In this document: piece by piece, positions 10,312 to 19,538 of the stretch | Position numbering within the stretch: the stretch's first letter is position 1 | Layout of the letters: each line of letters opens with the position of its first letter | NCBI GenBank assembly: GCA_050951805.1 | Contig: JBMNJT010000005.1 | Span: forward strand, 13,976-77,975 | Length of the DNA: 64,000 nucleotides | Origin: Bacillota bacterium | GTDB lineage: Bacteria > Bacillota > DTU025 | Direction of reading: 5' to 3' | Translations under genes and position numbers: made by a program | Notes under the pieces: generated by a model | Told to the model about the DNA's origin: nothing | The model's database searches: none | What the model saw: only the letters and a program-made list of their open reading frames with translations

Positions 10312-10363
10312 CCATGTACTACGACTCAATCTGCATACATAGCTAACGCTAATCCGACAACAG

Positions 10364-11617
10364 TCAGATTCCTAACAGCTCTCTTACGATAGAAGCGATA
10401 TCCGTTATCGAGCTCACGTTTTCTATGTCCACACTATCCGCGTTCCGACCTACTACAATCAAAGGGACATCAACGTCAGTATCGAGGGTAGTCCCGTGGC
10501 TTCCCAGTGTGTAATCCATGAATAACAATGCCTCTATAAACATGCAGCCACGGTCAGTCACTGCGATCAGCGGAGGGGTGCGAGGATGCTCTATGTGGAG
10601 TTCTGCGCGTCTAGTCACGTCTTCAGCCTCTATCACTTCAGCCACGCCCTCAGTCTGTCTCAGCGCATCCGCGATCTTCCCCCTGTTATCTTCGGCCCAA
10701 ACGTATAGGACTCCACCGTCAAGAGTTATTGGCACATCTTCATCGGTGATATCGTCGATGATGTCCCTTGCCGCGATGCCGGTGTCGACCCTAGTCATGC
10801 CGTGGTCTGCCGTGATGATCAAACTCCACCGTCCCGGACGTGTCGCTTCCAGTGTTGCGGCCAATTCCTCAAGACCTTCGCTGATAGAGCAGAGGCACTC
10901 AGCTGTTTCGGCAGCGGGCAAAGGCCCGAACCTGTGTCCACACTTGTCAACGCTCCCAACGTTTATGCCGACAAATACAGGCATGTCATTCTGCTCTAGA
11001 TAGGCCTCGACCGTCCTCAAAACCCACCGATCTAGTTGGATATGCCATCCGGCGAAATCCTCATACTGGGTAGACTCATCGGGCGGAGGACCCACAGTTT
11101 CGATGACCCAATCCGGTACCGACTCGGGCCAGATTGCGAAGTCAGTAGCCTCCGAGAGCATCTTGCACAAGTTAGCTTTTGCGGAGATCATTGCGGTACC
11201 CAACCCTGCAGAGCGCGCCACATGGAACAGCGTCGGCTCTTCCAAAACCGCAGGATCCTTGAACCGCAATAGCTCCCCATCATCGTCTAGATACTCTTTG
11301 CCTGTTACCCCATTTCTCTCCGGGTATGTTCCCGTGAAAATTGCCGCATGCCCGGCGGCTGTGGAAGACGGGAATACTGCCTCAATCGACTTATATTGGC
11401 ATCTCTCGTCAGCACACAGTTGCCTCAGGTACGCGGTTTCAGGCAAGCAGCCCAGTGACAAGTTAGGGCACCCATCTATCACGCAGACTACCACCGTCAT
11501 CTGCTCCTGCTGCTCTGACCCGGCGGCGCTGGTTGCCAGCGCCGCCTGCGGCCAGGCCATGATTATGGCCAATAGCAGCAGTAACAGGAACCTCCAATGC
11601 TGCTTTCGCAATGTCAT
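10364..11617 (-). CDS. Secreted alkaline-phosphatase-superfamily nucleotide pyrophosphatase/phosphodiesterase
   Basis: Signal peptide (ALA); VIDG, FPSSTAAGHAAIFTG (Thr nucleophile), DKCGH, TADHG and SHG metal ligands. Confidence 0.85.
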   Translation of the reverse strand: MTLRKQHWRFLLLLLLAIIMAWPQAALATSAAGSEQQEQMTVVVCVIDGCPNLSLGCLPETAYLRQLCADERCQYKSIEAVFPSSTAAGHAAIFTGTYPERNGVTGKEYLDDDGELLRFKDPAVLEEPTLFHVARSAGLGTAMISAKANLCKMLSEATDFAIWPESVPDWVIETVGPPPDESTQYEDFAGWHIQLDRWVLRTVEAYLEQNDMPVFVGINVGSVDKCGHRFGPLPAAETAECLCSISEGLEELAATLEATRPGRWSLIITADHGMTRVDTGIAARDIIDDITDEDVPITLDGGVLYVWAEDNRGKIADALRQTEGVAEVIEAEDVTRRAELHIEHPRTPPLIAVTDRGCMFIEALLFMDYTLGSHGTTLDTDVDVPLIVVGRNADSVDIENVSSITDIASIVRELLGI

Positions 11618-12129
11618 TTCGTCCTCACTTCAATGGTCGTGACAAACCAGTTCCAGCTCTCCTTCGGATACTGCTTGTCAAGGCCTGGGTTGTCATCATA
11701 CGGGAAAACAAGCTTGACGGGGCCACCAAGCCCTGATCCGATTGCTTTTCCGCCGTCTTTCGTGGCTACCATGATCTCGTACTTCGCAACGTCCGCAGCG
11801 CTTATAATGACCTCTTTGCCGTCCTTTGCGATTACCACGACCTCACTTACGTTCTTCGGCGCTCCCACGTAGCCCAATATCTTGGCGATATTCACGCCAG
11901 CGTATGTTTTTTTGCCAAGCCAGGGATCTTTGACCTGATACTCAGTGAGTCCTAGTCCCTCAAGCATCTCCAAGTCAAACTCGCATGCCCCTTTAGCATT
12001 GGTGTTGGCTATAGGGCCTTTCACGGTCAGGACCACCTTGCCGCTGGGTTTCGCGGGACTCGCGAAGCACATCGAACCCAAGATTACGAACGTCAAGCAA
12101 AAGACAACAGCTAGTCTGTATTTGCGCAT
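11614..12129 (-). CDS. Small secreted molybdopterin-oxidoreductase-domain-like protein
   Basis: Signal peptide; VLTVKG-x-I, PW...YAGV-x-I-x-x-IL, AKDG, GGPVKLVFP, W-x-x-FVTTIEV pattern of Oxidored_molyb-like proteins; 4-bp overlap with next gene. Confidence 0.6.
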   Translation of the reverse strand: MRKYRLAVVFCLTFVILGSMCFASPAKPSGKVVLTVKGPIANTNAKGACEFDLEMLEGLGLTEYQVKDPWLGKKTYAGVNIAKILGYVGAPKNVSEVVVIAKDGKEVIISAADVAKYEIMVATKDGGKAIGSGLGGPVKLVFPYDDNPGLDKQYPKESWNWFVTTIEVRTK

Positions 12130-12210
12130 TTCGTCTCTCCCTTTCGATATGTTTTTGGCGCAACGCCATTTCAGTTGATCGCAAGATTCCTTGACCCAAG
12201 TTCCCCACGG

Positions 12211-13394
12211 CTATCCTTGCCCCTTACGCACCTCCCCGACAATACGTATGGTAGACCCCTGCCTGATCAGCATCGTTCCTCCCACTACCAACAAGAGAGC
12301 TGCAATGTAGAATGGCGTGTTTTCCGATGTGGAATAGAAAAAGCCACCCAGGTAGGGTCCTACAATCGACGCCCCCCAAGTTGCCAAATTGAAGAGGGCA
12401 AAAGCCTTTCCGTCTGCGCCATCGCCGAGGACCTCCCCCACCCCTGCAAAGGCAACGCCATGGCCGGCCATGAATCCGCCCAGAAGGAAGAGGCATATGA
12501 CCACAGCAACCTGGCCTGAAATGGCGATGAAACACAGCATCGAGATGACAAAGACAATCACATTGGCTCCTACCGCTACAAGAGTCCCCCGATTGTCTGC
12601 CATTCGCCCTACCACGACAGTTATCATTGTTTGCCCAAGAGACATTATCGAACCAAGCAGACTGACAATGCTTATGTTTGTGTGGCGCACGTCGCTGAGA
12701 TACTGCGGAATTATCTGCTGCACCATGTAAAAAGAGAAAGCACAAAGAGAGTAGCAGAATACGAACTTCATGAACGATCGGTCGGCCAGCAGACTTGCAT
12801 ATGTAGAAACGCTTGCAGTGCTCTCACTTTCGGGTTCTGGTGGCAGGAACGCTATCACGCAACATGCTGCTGCAAAGAACGCGAACGAAAGAAGGAACAG
12901 ATTCTCGATGGGCCAAATGCTAGACAGATAAGCGGATAGAATCGGGCTCGCTATCATTCCCCTGAAAATCCTGCGCTTATCAGCCCAAACGTTCGGCCCG
13001 ACTCGCCTTCGGGAGAACAAGCCCCAGCATATGCGTTGAGTGCGGGGTAGCCCAACATCGACCCTGAGTAAAGAGCAATGCCAAGAGCAGCAAGTCTCCA
13101 GTCTTTCGCGAAATAGTACAATATTACAGATGGCACGCCGATAATCCACGACAAAAGGATCACTCTTTTTCGGTCATACTTGTCGGCCAGCATTCCCCCT
13201 GGTATGCTCGACGCCGCCATAACCGCCATGGATATTGAGTAGACGAATCCCACTTCCTGTGGGGTGCATCCAATGTTGCGGAGATACACAGGAAACATGT
13301 ATGAATGAAGACCATATCCGAATCCCCAAAGCAACATGCCTGCAGCTATTAATTGTATGCCCTTCGGCGTACGACTCGCTTGCGACTCCACCAA
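12211..13394 (-). pseudogene. MFS transporter split by a 1-nt deletion (or sequencing error)
   Basis: N-half (GGMLADKYDRK) ends FSGE-stop; C-half continues GMIASPILS in another frame; one extra G in the G4 run at 12959-12962 restores FSGGMIASP. Confidence 0.8.
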
Positions 13395-13406
13395 CGTTAC
13401 CTCCGA

Positions 13407-14882
13407 TCAATGCTGCGCAGGCCAGGTTGGTTCTGCACTATTCCAGAACTCCTGCAATGCACTTTCCGCCCTACAAAACGCCGCGTAACCACGGTCATAT
13501 CCATCACCGCGCACGCCCTCCGGGGTGAATACAGCGTCCGTGAGAACTACAACCTGAACAGCCTCTTTGATGCTGCTGAATACATTTGCAGCGGTTCCTG
13601 CCAGAATCGCTGCGCCCAGAAGTGTGCCTTCCTTCACCTTCATGCTTGCCACCGGCAGATTGAGCACATCAGCCTTCATCTGCAACCAACCTCGGTGCCT
13701 TGCGCCGTTCCCTACAGCCCTAACATCCACCGCTTTCATCGAATCCTGCCACGCCTCCATGCTCTGGCGCATGGCATAGGCACAGCCTTCCAAAACAGCA
13801 CGGATCATGTGGCAAGAATCATGCTCCGGTCGCAGTCCAAGAAAAGCGCCTGTCGCCCTTGTAACCGCAACGGGGCTGCGTTTGCCGACGAAATATGGCA
13901 GAAACACCAAGCCAGACGCTCCAGGTTCTGAGCAATCGAGCGCTTCAGCGACCGTGTCCCTCCAGTCGAGCTTGCTTGAGTACACTTCTGGGTAGAGAAC
14001 AGACATGGCCCAGGCAAGGCATCCACCACTGTAGGATATTGGGGAAACTATCAATCGCTCTCCGGGAATGACATGTTTTACAGTCTGTATGCTGCATCCA
14101 TCAGGAGCCACTGCAGAAACGCATGTTGACGTGCCGGTTGAGTCGCATATTAGCCCAGGACTAGTCACCCCTGCGCCCAGAGCCTCGACGAACGCGTCGA
14201 TGCTTCCCGCAGCAACCGGTATTCCTGAGGGAAGCCCCGTCTCGTCTGCAGCCTCGCGGGTTACCTCCCCAATGGCCTCCCACGGATCCACCACCCTCGG
14301 AAACAGCCTGGCTCCGGGGGCAGATGAGGTAATATCACCTGTATCGTCTGAGTGCCACCTCATACACGACGCCGCAGAAGAATCGATACACGTCTCGCCT
14401 GTAAGCTTTAACCCCACGTAGTCCTTGGGCTGCAGCACCCGGGCATTCGCTTCTACCCCTCCGCCTCCAGAAGCGTCACACAGCTGCCTATCTATCCACT
14501 CTGCAGTGGCCTCGAAAGATGGTCCCCCTTGCGACTGACAGCTCAGGCCCATGAGTGGCCTCGTATCCATCCAGGTGATAATGTTGCTGAGTGGATCTCC
14601 GCCTCTGTTGATCGCCATAAGCGACGGCCCATGTCCTGACAGACCCACGCCGGCCACGCTGCCCGCATCCCATCCCTGCAACGCCTCTCGTATGCACTGA
14701 GTCACAATGCGCCACAGCGCAGCAGGATCCTGTTCAGAGGCAGCCACGCCCACACCCCGGCCCGTTACATATGATTCCTTGGCGCGACGGTATGCCGCCC
14801 GATGGGTGCCGTCTGAACGCCACAGCAACACCTTGACTGCTGAGGTTCCTATGTCTATCCCCATGAGAGAAAAGTCATGCAT
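13407..14882 (-). CDS. FGGY family carbohydrate kinase (xylulokinase-like)
   Basis: MGIDIGTSAVK, ITWMDTR, LQPKDY, STGTS, FLPYFVGKRSP, RAVLEG. Confidence 0.9.
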   Translation of the reverse strand: MHDFSLMGIDIGTSAVKVLLWRSDGTHRAAYRRAKESYVTGRGVGVAASEQDPAALWRIVTQCIREALQGWDAGSVAGVGLSGHGPSLMAINRGGDPLSNIITWMDTRPLMGLSCQSQGGPSFEATAEWIDRQLCDASGGGGVEANARVLQPKDYVGLKLTGETCIDSSAASCMRWHSDDTGDITSSAPGARLFPRVVDPWEAIGEVTREAADETGLPSGIPVAAGSIDAFVEALGAGVTSPGLICDSTGTSTCVSAVAPDGCSIQTVKHVIPGERLIVSPISYSGGCLAWAMSVLYPEVYSSKLDWRDTVAEALDCSEPGASGLVFLPYFVGKRSPVAVTRATGAFLGLRPEHDSCHMIRAVLEGCAYAMRQSMEAWQDSMKAVDVRAVGNGARHRGWLQMKADVLNLPVASMKVKEGTLLGAAILAGTAANVFSSIKEAVQVVVLTDAVFTPEGVRGDGYDRGYAAFCRAESALQEFWNSAEPTWPAQH

Positions 14883-15915
14883 CGCCATCAACCTTCAGGA
14901 GTATTTTCAAAGATTCCCCTGAGGACGCCATATCAAAAGCTTCTACCGCCTGATCTACATCGAATTCGTGCGTGATGACGCTCCCCGCATCTATCGCGCC
15001 TCCTGTCAGCATGGTCAATGCCGTGTGAAACTGCAGGGGCGTGAAGCCGAAACTCCCGGTAAGAATGACTTCGTCATAATGAAGGATGTGCGGATCTACA
15101 GTTAGCCGAGACCCACTTGGCAGTCCGCCGAAAATGTTGACTGTTCCTCCCTTTCTGACACATCCAAGAGCCGCATCCACTGCCTCAGTAGCTCCAACGC
15201 AGACAAATACCACGTCAGCACCGATCCCGTCCGTCTGTTCCTTTGCCCATGCCGAAACGTCCGTTCCTGAACATGCAGGATCTATAACCACCGCCCCTCT
15301 TTCAGCAGCCTTATTCCTTCTGAAACCATTGGGCTCGCTCACCAGAATCTTCGAAGCTCCCATTGCCTTACACAGCTCGAGCATTAGGAGGCCCATTGGC
15401 CCTGCCCCAATTATCATGACCGTATCCGCCAGCCTCACACGAGAATCCTGCGCAGCATTCACACAGCAGGCAAGTGGTTCAGCAAGGCACGCCAGTTTGA
15501 TGTCTTCTTCTGACGGAATGTGGAACGTCCCCTTGCTGACGACTTCGGCAGGAATCCTTACGTACTCCGCAAAGGCCCCCTCGATAAAACCCTTGTTAGT
15601 GCAAAGTTCCTCTCTGCCACTGCGGCAATAGGCGCAGCCGTAGCATGGGACATACGGGGCAACTGCTACCATATCGCCAACGGCAATGTCCGGCTTTACA
15701 GGCTCGCCTGCGATCTCCACTATTCTTCCGACCACTTCATGGCCGAGGATGCACGGAGGGGTAAACATGTGGTGCCCGCGCTTGTATGTCTTGACATCCG
15801 TCCCGCAGAGCCCGCAATAGGAGACCCCAAGCAGCACGTCGCCCTCCTCGAGAACCGGATCATCTACGTTCTCCACACGAAGATCGCCAGGGCCGTGGTA
15901 CACAACTGCTTTCAC
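14875..15915 (-). CDS. Zinc-dependent polyol/alcohol dehydrogenase (sorbitol DH-like)
   Basis: CGLCGTD, LGHE, CxxCxxCxxxxxxxC structural Zn site, EPLAC, GAGPMG. Confidence 0.92.
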   Translation of the reverse strand: MKAVVYHGPGDLRVENVDDPVLEEGDVLLGVSYCGLCGTDVKTYKRGHHMFTPPCILGHEVVGRIVEIAGEPVKPDIAVGDMVAVAPYVPCYGCAYCRSGREELCTNKGFIEGAFAEYVRIPAEVVSKGTFHIPSEEDIKLACLAEPLACCVNAAQDSRVRLADTVMIIGAGPMGLLMLELCKAMGASKILVSEPNGFRRNKAAERGAVVIDPACSGTDVSAWAKEQTDGIGADVVFVCVGATEAVDAALGCVRKGGTVNIFGGLPSGSRLTVDPHILHYDEVILTGSFGFTPLQFHTALTMLTGGAIDAGSVITHEFDVDQAVEAFDMASSGESLKILLKVDGDA

Positions 15916-15917
15916 CG

Positions 15918-16676
15918 CTATCGTCCCTCCTTGCAGGAGCAATCTCCGTGGACAATGCTGTATAGCTCTTTGACCTTTGCTACCGGATCATCAGCCTGGA
16001 ACACGTTGCGACCAAAAGCTATTCCCGCAGCCCCAGCTGACATGGCGCGGCGAACTACACTATTGGGATCCTCTACCTTAGGACCGCCTGCTATGACAAT
16101 CGGGACTCTGCACGCCCTGACTATCTCCTCAAAGCCCTCGGCTGTGCAGTATGTCTTTATCGCATCCGCGCCCAGTTCGTATCCGACTCGTGCGCACACG
16201 CTTATCCATTCTGGATCGAAACTGTGCGCCGGATCGCACGGGATAACCTCGGCAAGAACGGGAATCCCGAAAACGTGTGCCTCAGAGACTACCTGGCCCA
16301 TGATTTCGAACATTTCCTGCTCATAATCGGAACCAACCAAAAGCATGATGCAGATGGCGTCGGCGCCAAGCCGACATGCTTCCTCCACCGAGCAGACCAG
16401 AGTGTGGAATGCGGGGTTCGGGCTGAATTTGGTGGAGCCTCCCGTCACCCTGACCACAAGGCCCGTCTTCCCTGCGAAGCTCTCCCATTCCGTGGCGGCT
16501 AAGCCCGGATTGACCAGTATGGCGTCGCACCCTCCTTCGACCACTTTTCTGACTGCCGCAGAGGGATCATACAGTCCCTTGACCGGTCCCATGAAACCTC
16601 CAAAATCGAGTGGGCATATGACCGCCTTCCCGTCCTCTCCGAATATCCGCCGAAGCCTAACATCTATTCCAGCCAT
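15918..16676 (-). CDS. DhnA/FbaB/LsrF-type class I aldolase
   Basis: PLDFGGFMGP, SVEEACRLGADA, ELGADAIKT (Schiff-base Lys), PIVIAGGP, FGRNVFQ. Confidence 0.9.
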   Translation of the reverse strand: MAGIDVRLRRIFGEDGKAVICPLDFGGFMGPVKGLYDPSAAVRKVVEGGCDAILVNPGLAATEWESFAGKTGLVVRVTGGSTKFSPNPAFHTLVCSVEEACRLGADAICIMLLVGSDYEQEMFEIMGQVVSEAHVFGIPVLAEVIPCDPAHSFDPEWISVCARVGYELGADAIKTYCTAEGFEEIVRACRVPIVIAGGPKVEDPNSVVRRAMSAGAAGIAFGRNVFQADDPVAKVKELYSIVHGDCSCKEGR

Positions 16677-17685
16677 TATTGACGCGTCTCCTTTCCCTTA
16701 CAGCCACAAGAATCACCGTGAGTTCTTCAAAATTCAGGTTGTTGACTTCTTCGACAGTACGCACCCATTCTTCCGGGAACGCCCCAATGCCGCGGTAAGC
16801 GCCTGACAAGGCCCCCACCATCGATGCAAGAGTATCTGTGTCGCCTCCCATGTTTGCGGCCGCTGGCACAGTCCTCTGCGGATCGCCTTCGTGCAGAGCG
16901 AAGAGACCTATGGCCGTCGGCACCAGCTCTGTGGGATCCATTCCAACCCCGCACGTCGTGTAAAGCTGGTCCTCCGCCTCTGCCGCATCCCTGCTCTCGC
17001 GCACAATCCTGAGTGCGAGTTCAATACGAGCGCTCACCAGTGTACCCGCCCACTCGATTCCGAGGCGTTCCCCATGCCGGGCGCCAAACACGGTGGCATC
17101 GATCACCTCGTCCAGCGACTCTGCAACAAGAGCAGCCGCTACACCGCAGCAGATTGCAGACGCCCCTGCAATAGCTATGTTCACACCGTGCGTCGGCAGG
17201 CACGACATATAGCACTCTTCAGCCGCACTTTCCAAGTTGGGGGAATTGACTATCCCGATTGGCGCAACGCGCATAGCAGCTCCGACGGTGTTCCCGGATG
17301 ACCCCGTCACCCGAGGTTCTTCACCCGCCTTAAGCCTCTCCAAAGCTCTGCGCGAACTAGGCCCTAGCACCGATGATTCGTAGGCGTTACACTGCTGGGC
17401 CCATCGCAAATATGCGGCGGCAGCAACCTCCGGAGTTATCCTATCGTGCCTTTCCAGTGCCTCGATGATCGCGATCGTCTGTTCCGTGTCGTCGGTGATG
17501 CAACCTCCGGCCATGCCGGCGTGGATGTGTCCTTCATGGGGAACGCAGAATCCCTCTATCCTCCCATATACATCGCGAATCTCTTCACGCGTCATGAACT
17601 CCGACGGCATTCCCATTGCGTCCCCTATGGCAACTCCCGCAAGGGTGCCTGCTACTCTGCTTGGATCCAAGCTACCTCTCTGCAT
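16657..17685 (-). CDS. ADP-ribosylglycohydrolase family protein
   Basis: AIGDAMGMP, ITDDTEQ, GAAMRVAPIG, PTH, ANMGGDTDT. Confidence 0.92.
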   Translation of the reverse strand: MQRGSLDPSRVAGTLAGVAIGDAMGMPSEFMTREEIRDVYGRIEGFCVPHEGHIHAGMAGGCITDDTEQTIAIIEALERHDRITPEVAAAAYLRWAQQCNAYESSVLGPSSRRALERLKAGEEPRVTGSSGNTVGAAMRVAPIGIVNSPNLESAAEECYMSCLPTHGVNIAIAGASAICCGVAAALVAESLDEVIDATVFGARHGERLGIEWAGTLVSARIELALRIVRESRDAAEAEDQLYTTCGVGMDPTELVPTAIGLFALHEGDPQRTVPAAANMGGDTDTLASMVGALSGAYRGIGAFPEEWVRTVEEVNNLNFEELTVILVAVRERRRVNNGWNRC

Positions 17686-18703
17686 AACGCAGGAACTCCT
17701 CCAATTCTTCACTAGTGGGCATCGCCTCCCTGGCCCCAGTTTTCTGGATGGCCAGCGCTGCGCAGGCATTGCCCCGCTCAAGGCACTCGACTATATCAAA
17801 GCCCCGCAGCAGACCTGTGATGAATCCCGCGGCAAAGGAATCACCGGCCCCAGTTGTGTCGACAACATTGGTAACACGGAAGGACTCTGCGCGCAACACA
17901 GTGTTGGTACCTCTACCATTGCTCGAGCCATTCACCATGTCATGGGCTACGTCGCCTGCCCGACCATTCCAAGAGCTGCCATACCAAGGACTTCGTCCAG
18001 CCCCGCGGGAGTGGCATTCCGATCCATCGGAGCCCAGGGTAACAATGACGTTGCGGACGCCGCTCTCAAGCAGCCGCCCTGCACCCTCGGTATGCGAGGG
18101 ACACGATGTGACGGCATCGAGCTCTCCGCGGGAGAGCAGAACATAGTCACATTCCTTCAGCAGCTGATAGAGTGTCGCGCTGTCGATCCATGAGATCCCG
18201 CCTCCGGGGCCATAGACGACAGTGACGCCATACGACCTCGCAAGTTGGATGGCCCGAGCAGCTACGTCCGGCAACACCTCACCGATGTAAAGGATCTCCG
18301 CACCCTCCATGGCCACGTCCTCAAACTCGTCCGGTTCCTGCAAAATAGCCTCGCCGCCAAGGGAATAGATGACCCTTTCGCCCCTTCTATCCACAGCAAT
18401 TATGGTCTGGGCGGTCCTACCCCCCTCGATCTCCGCAAGCCACCTCACATCCACACCATCAGCTTCAAAAGCCCGCCGCAATCTACGGCCATTGTCGTCA
18501 TTACCAACCCTGCCCACGAACCTAGACCGATAGCCTAGCCGACCGATTCCTGCTGCGATATTCGCAGTTGACCCTCCTGGGAAAAAGCAGACCTCCCCTT
18601 CAGCAAATACCATCTCATCCGGCTCGGGCAGCTTACTCACGGAAAACACCATGTCCATCGCAGCAGCGCCGAGAGAGACTACAACACCATCCGTTCGGCC
18701 CAT
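17672..18703 (-). CDS. PfkB/ribokinase family carbohydrate kinase
   Basis: PGGSTANIA, GRVGNDDNG, VTLGSDG, VVDTTGAGDSF. Confidence 0.93.
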   Translation of the reverse strand: MGRTDGVVVSLGAAAMDMVFSVSKLPEPDEMVFAEGEVCFFPGGSTANIAAGIGRLGYRSRFVGRVGNDDNGRRLRRAFEADGVDVRWLAEIEGGRTAQTIIAVDRRGERVIYSLGGEAILQEPDEFEDVAMEGAEILYIGEVLPDVAARAIQLARSYGVTVVYGPGGGISWIDSATLYQLLKECDYVLLSRGELDAVTSCPSHTEGAGRLLESGVRNVIVTLGSDGSECHSRGAGRSPWYGSSWNGRAGDVAHDMVNGSSNGRGTNTVLRAESFRVTNVVDTTGAGDSFAAGFITGLLRGFDIVECLERGNACAALAIQKTGAREAMPTSEELEEFLRYAER

Positions 18704-18704
18704 T

Positions 18705-19538
18705 CTAGAGCGCCCCCATTTTGTACACGCAAAGCAGTACTATGCTTGCCGCTAAGGCCCCGATTGACAAGACAACCATCAACCAATCAGGCCAATGCAT
18801 GTGGTACGGCCTGATCAATGTGAAGTTCTCGCTGTATCCAAATGCCCGAGATTCCATGGCTAATGCCATCGTATCAGCCATGGAAAGCGCATTGGCGAAC
18901 AGCGGAATCAGCATGCTAGTGGTCTTGCTCACCTTCTGGGTGAAGGATCCTGAATCGAAGTCAACGCCTTTCGATCTCTCCGCGTCCCTCAAGGTGGCCA
19001 TCTGCATCTGGATCACCGGCACGAACTTTGAGGCCGCTGAGACCACGAATCCAGATTTGTAGGAAAAAAACGGGATGCGCACAATGATCTGCACTACTTC
19101 CGACGGCGATGTTACATATCCAAATACCGATATTACAATCAGGACCACGAATACTTTGAGCGCCATCCCGACTCCATAGAGGAATCCGCCAATCCGTATC
19201 GGGGCTGCCGGGTTAACCCCAGGAATCCAGCCTGGCACCAAGTGGAACAACACCCGCTCCGGGTAAGCAAGGTTGGCAGCTTTGGGTACATACGTAGCCC
19301 CCTGAACCAGCGTGATTATTGCCGTGATGACAAGCAGGAACAAAAAGGTCCCTTTCATCTTCGCCCAGGGGAATTCTCCCATACAGCCAATGACGACAGT
19401 CACCAACCCCAGTGCAGCCAAATAGACCGGGTTGGTCCAGATGATGCTTATGACTATCGTGGCAATCAACCAGATGAACTTGGCTCTGGGATCGAGATTG
19501 TGTATAGACGTTTGCTTGCTTTCGTACTCGACAATCAC
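18705..19538 (-). CDS. ECF transporter transmembrane T component
   Basis: LDPRAK, FVPVI, AERSKG and AMESRAF Arg motifs. Confidence 0.9.
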   Translation of the reverse strand: MIVEYESKQTSIHNLDPRAKFIWLIATIVISIIWTNPVYLAALGLVTVVIGCMGEFPWAKMKGTFLFLLVITAIITLVQGATYVPKAANLAYPERVLFHLVPGWIPGVNPAAPIRIGGFLYGVGMALKVFVVLIVISVFGYVTSPSEVVQIIVRIPFFSYKSGFVVSAASKFVPVIQMQMATLRDAERSKGVDFDSGSFTQKVSKTTSMLIPLFANALSMADTMALAMESRAFGYSENFTLIRPYHMHWPDWLMVVLSIGALAASIVLLCVYKMGAL

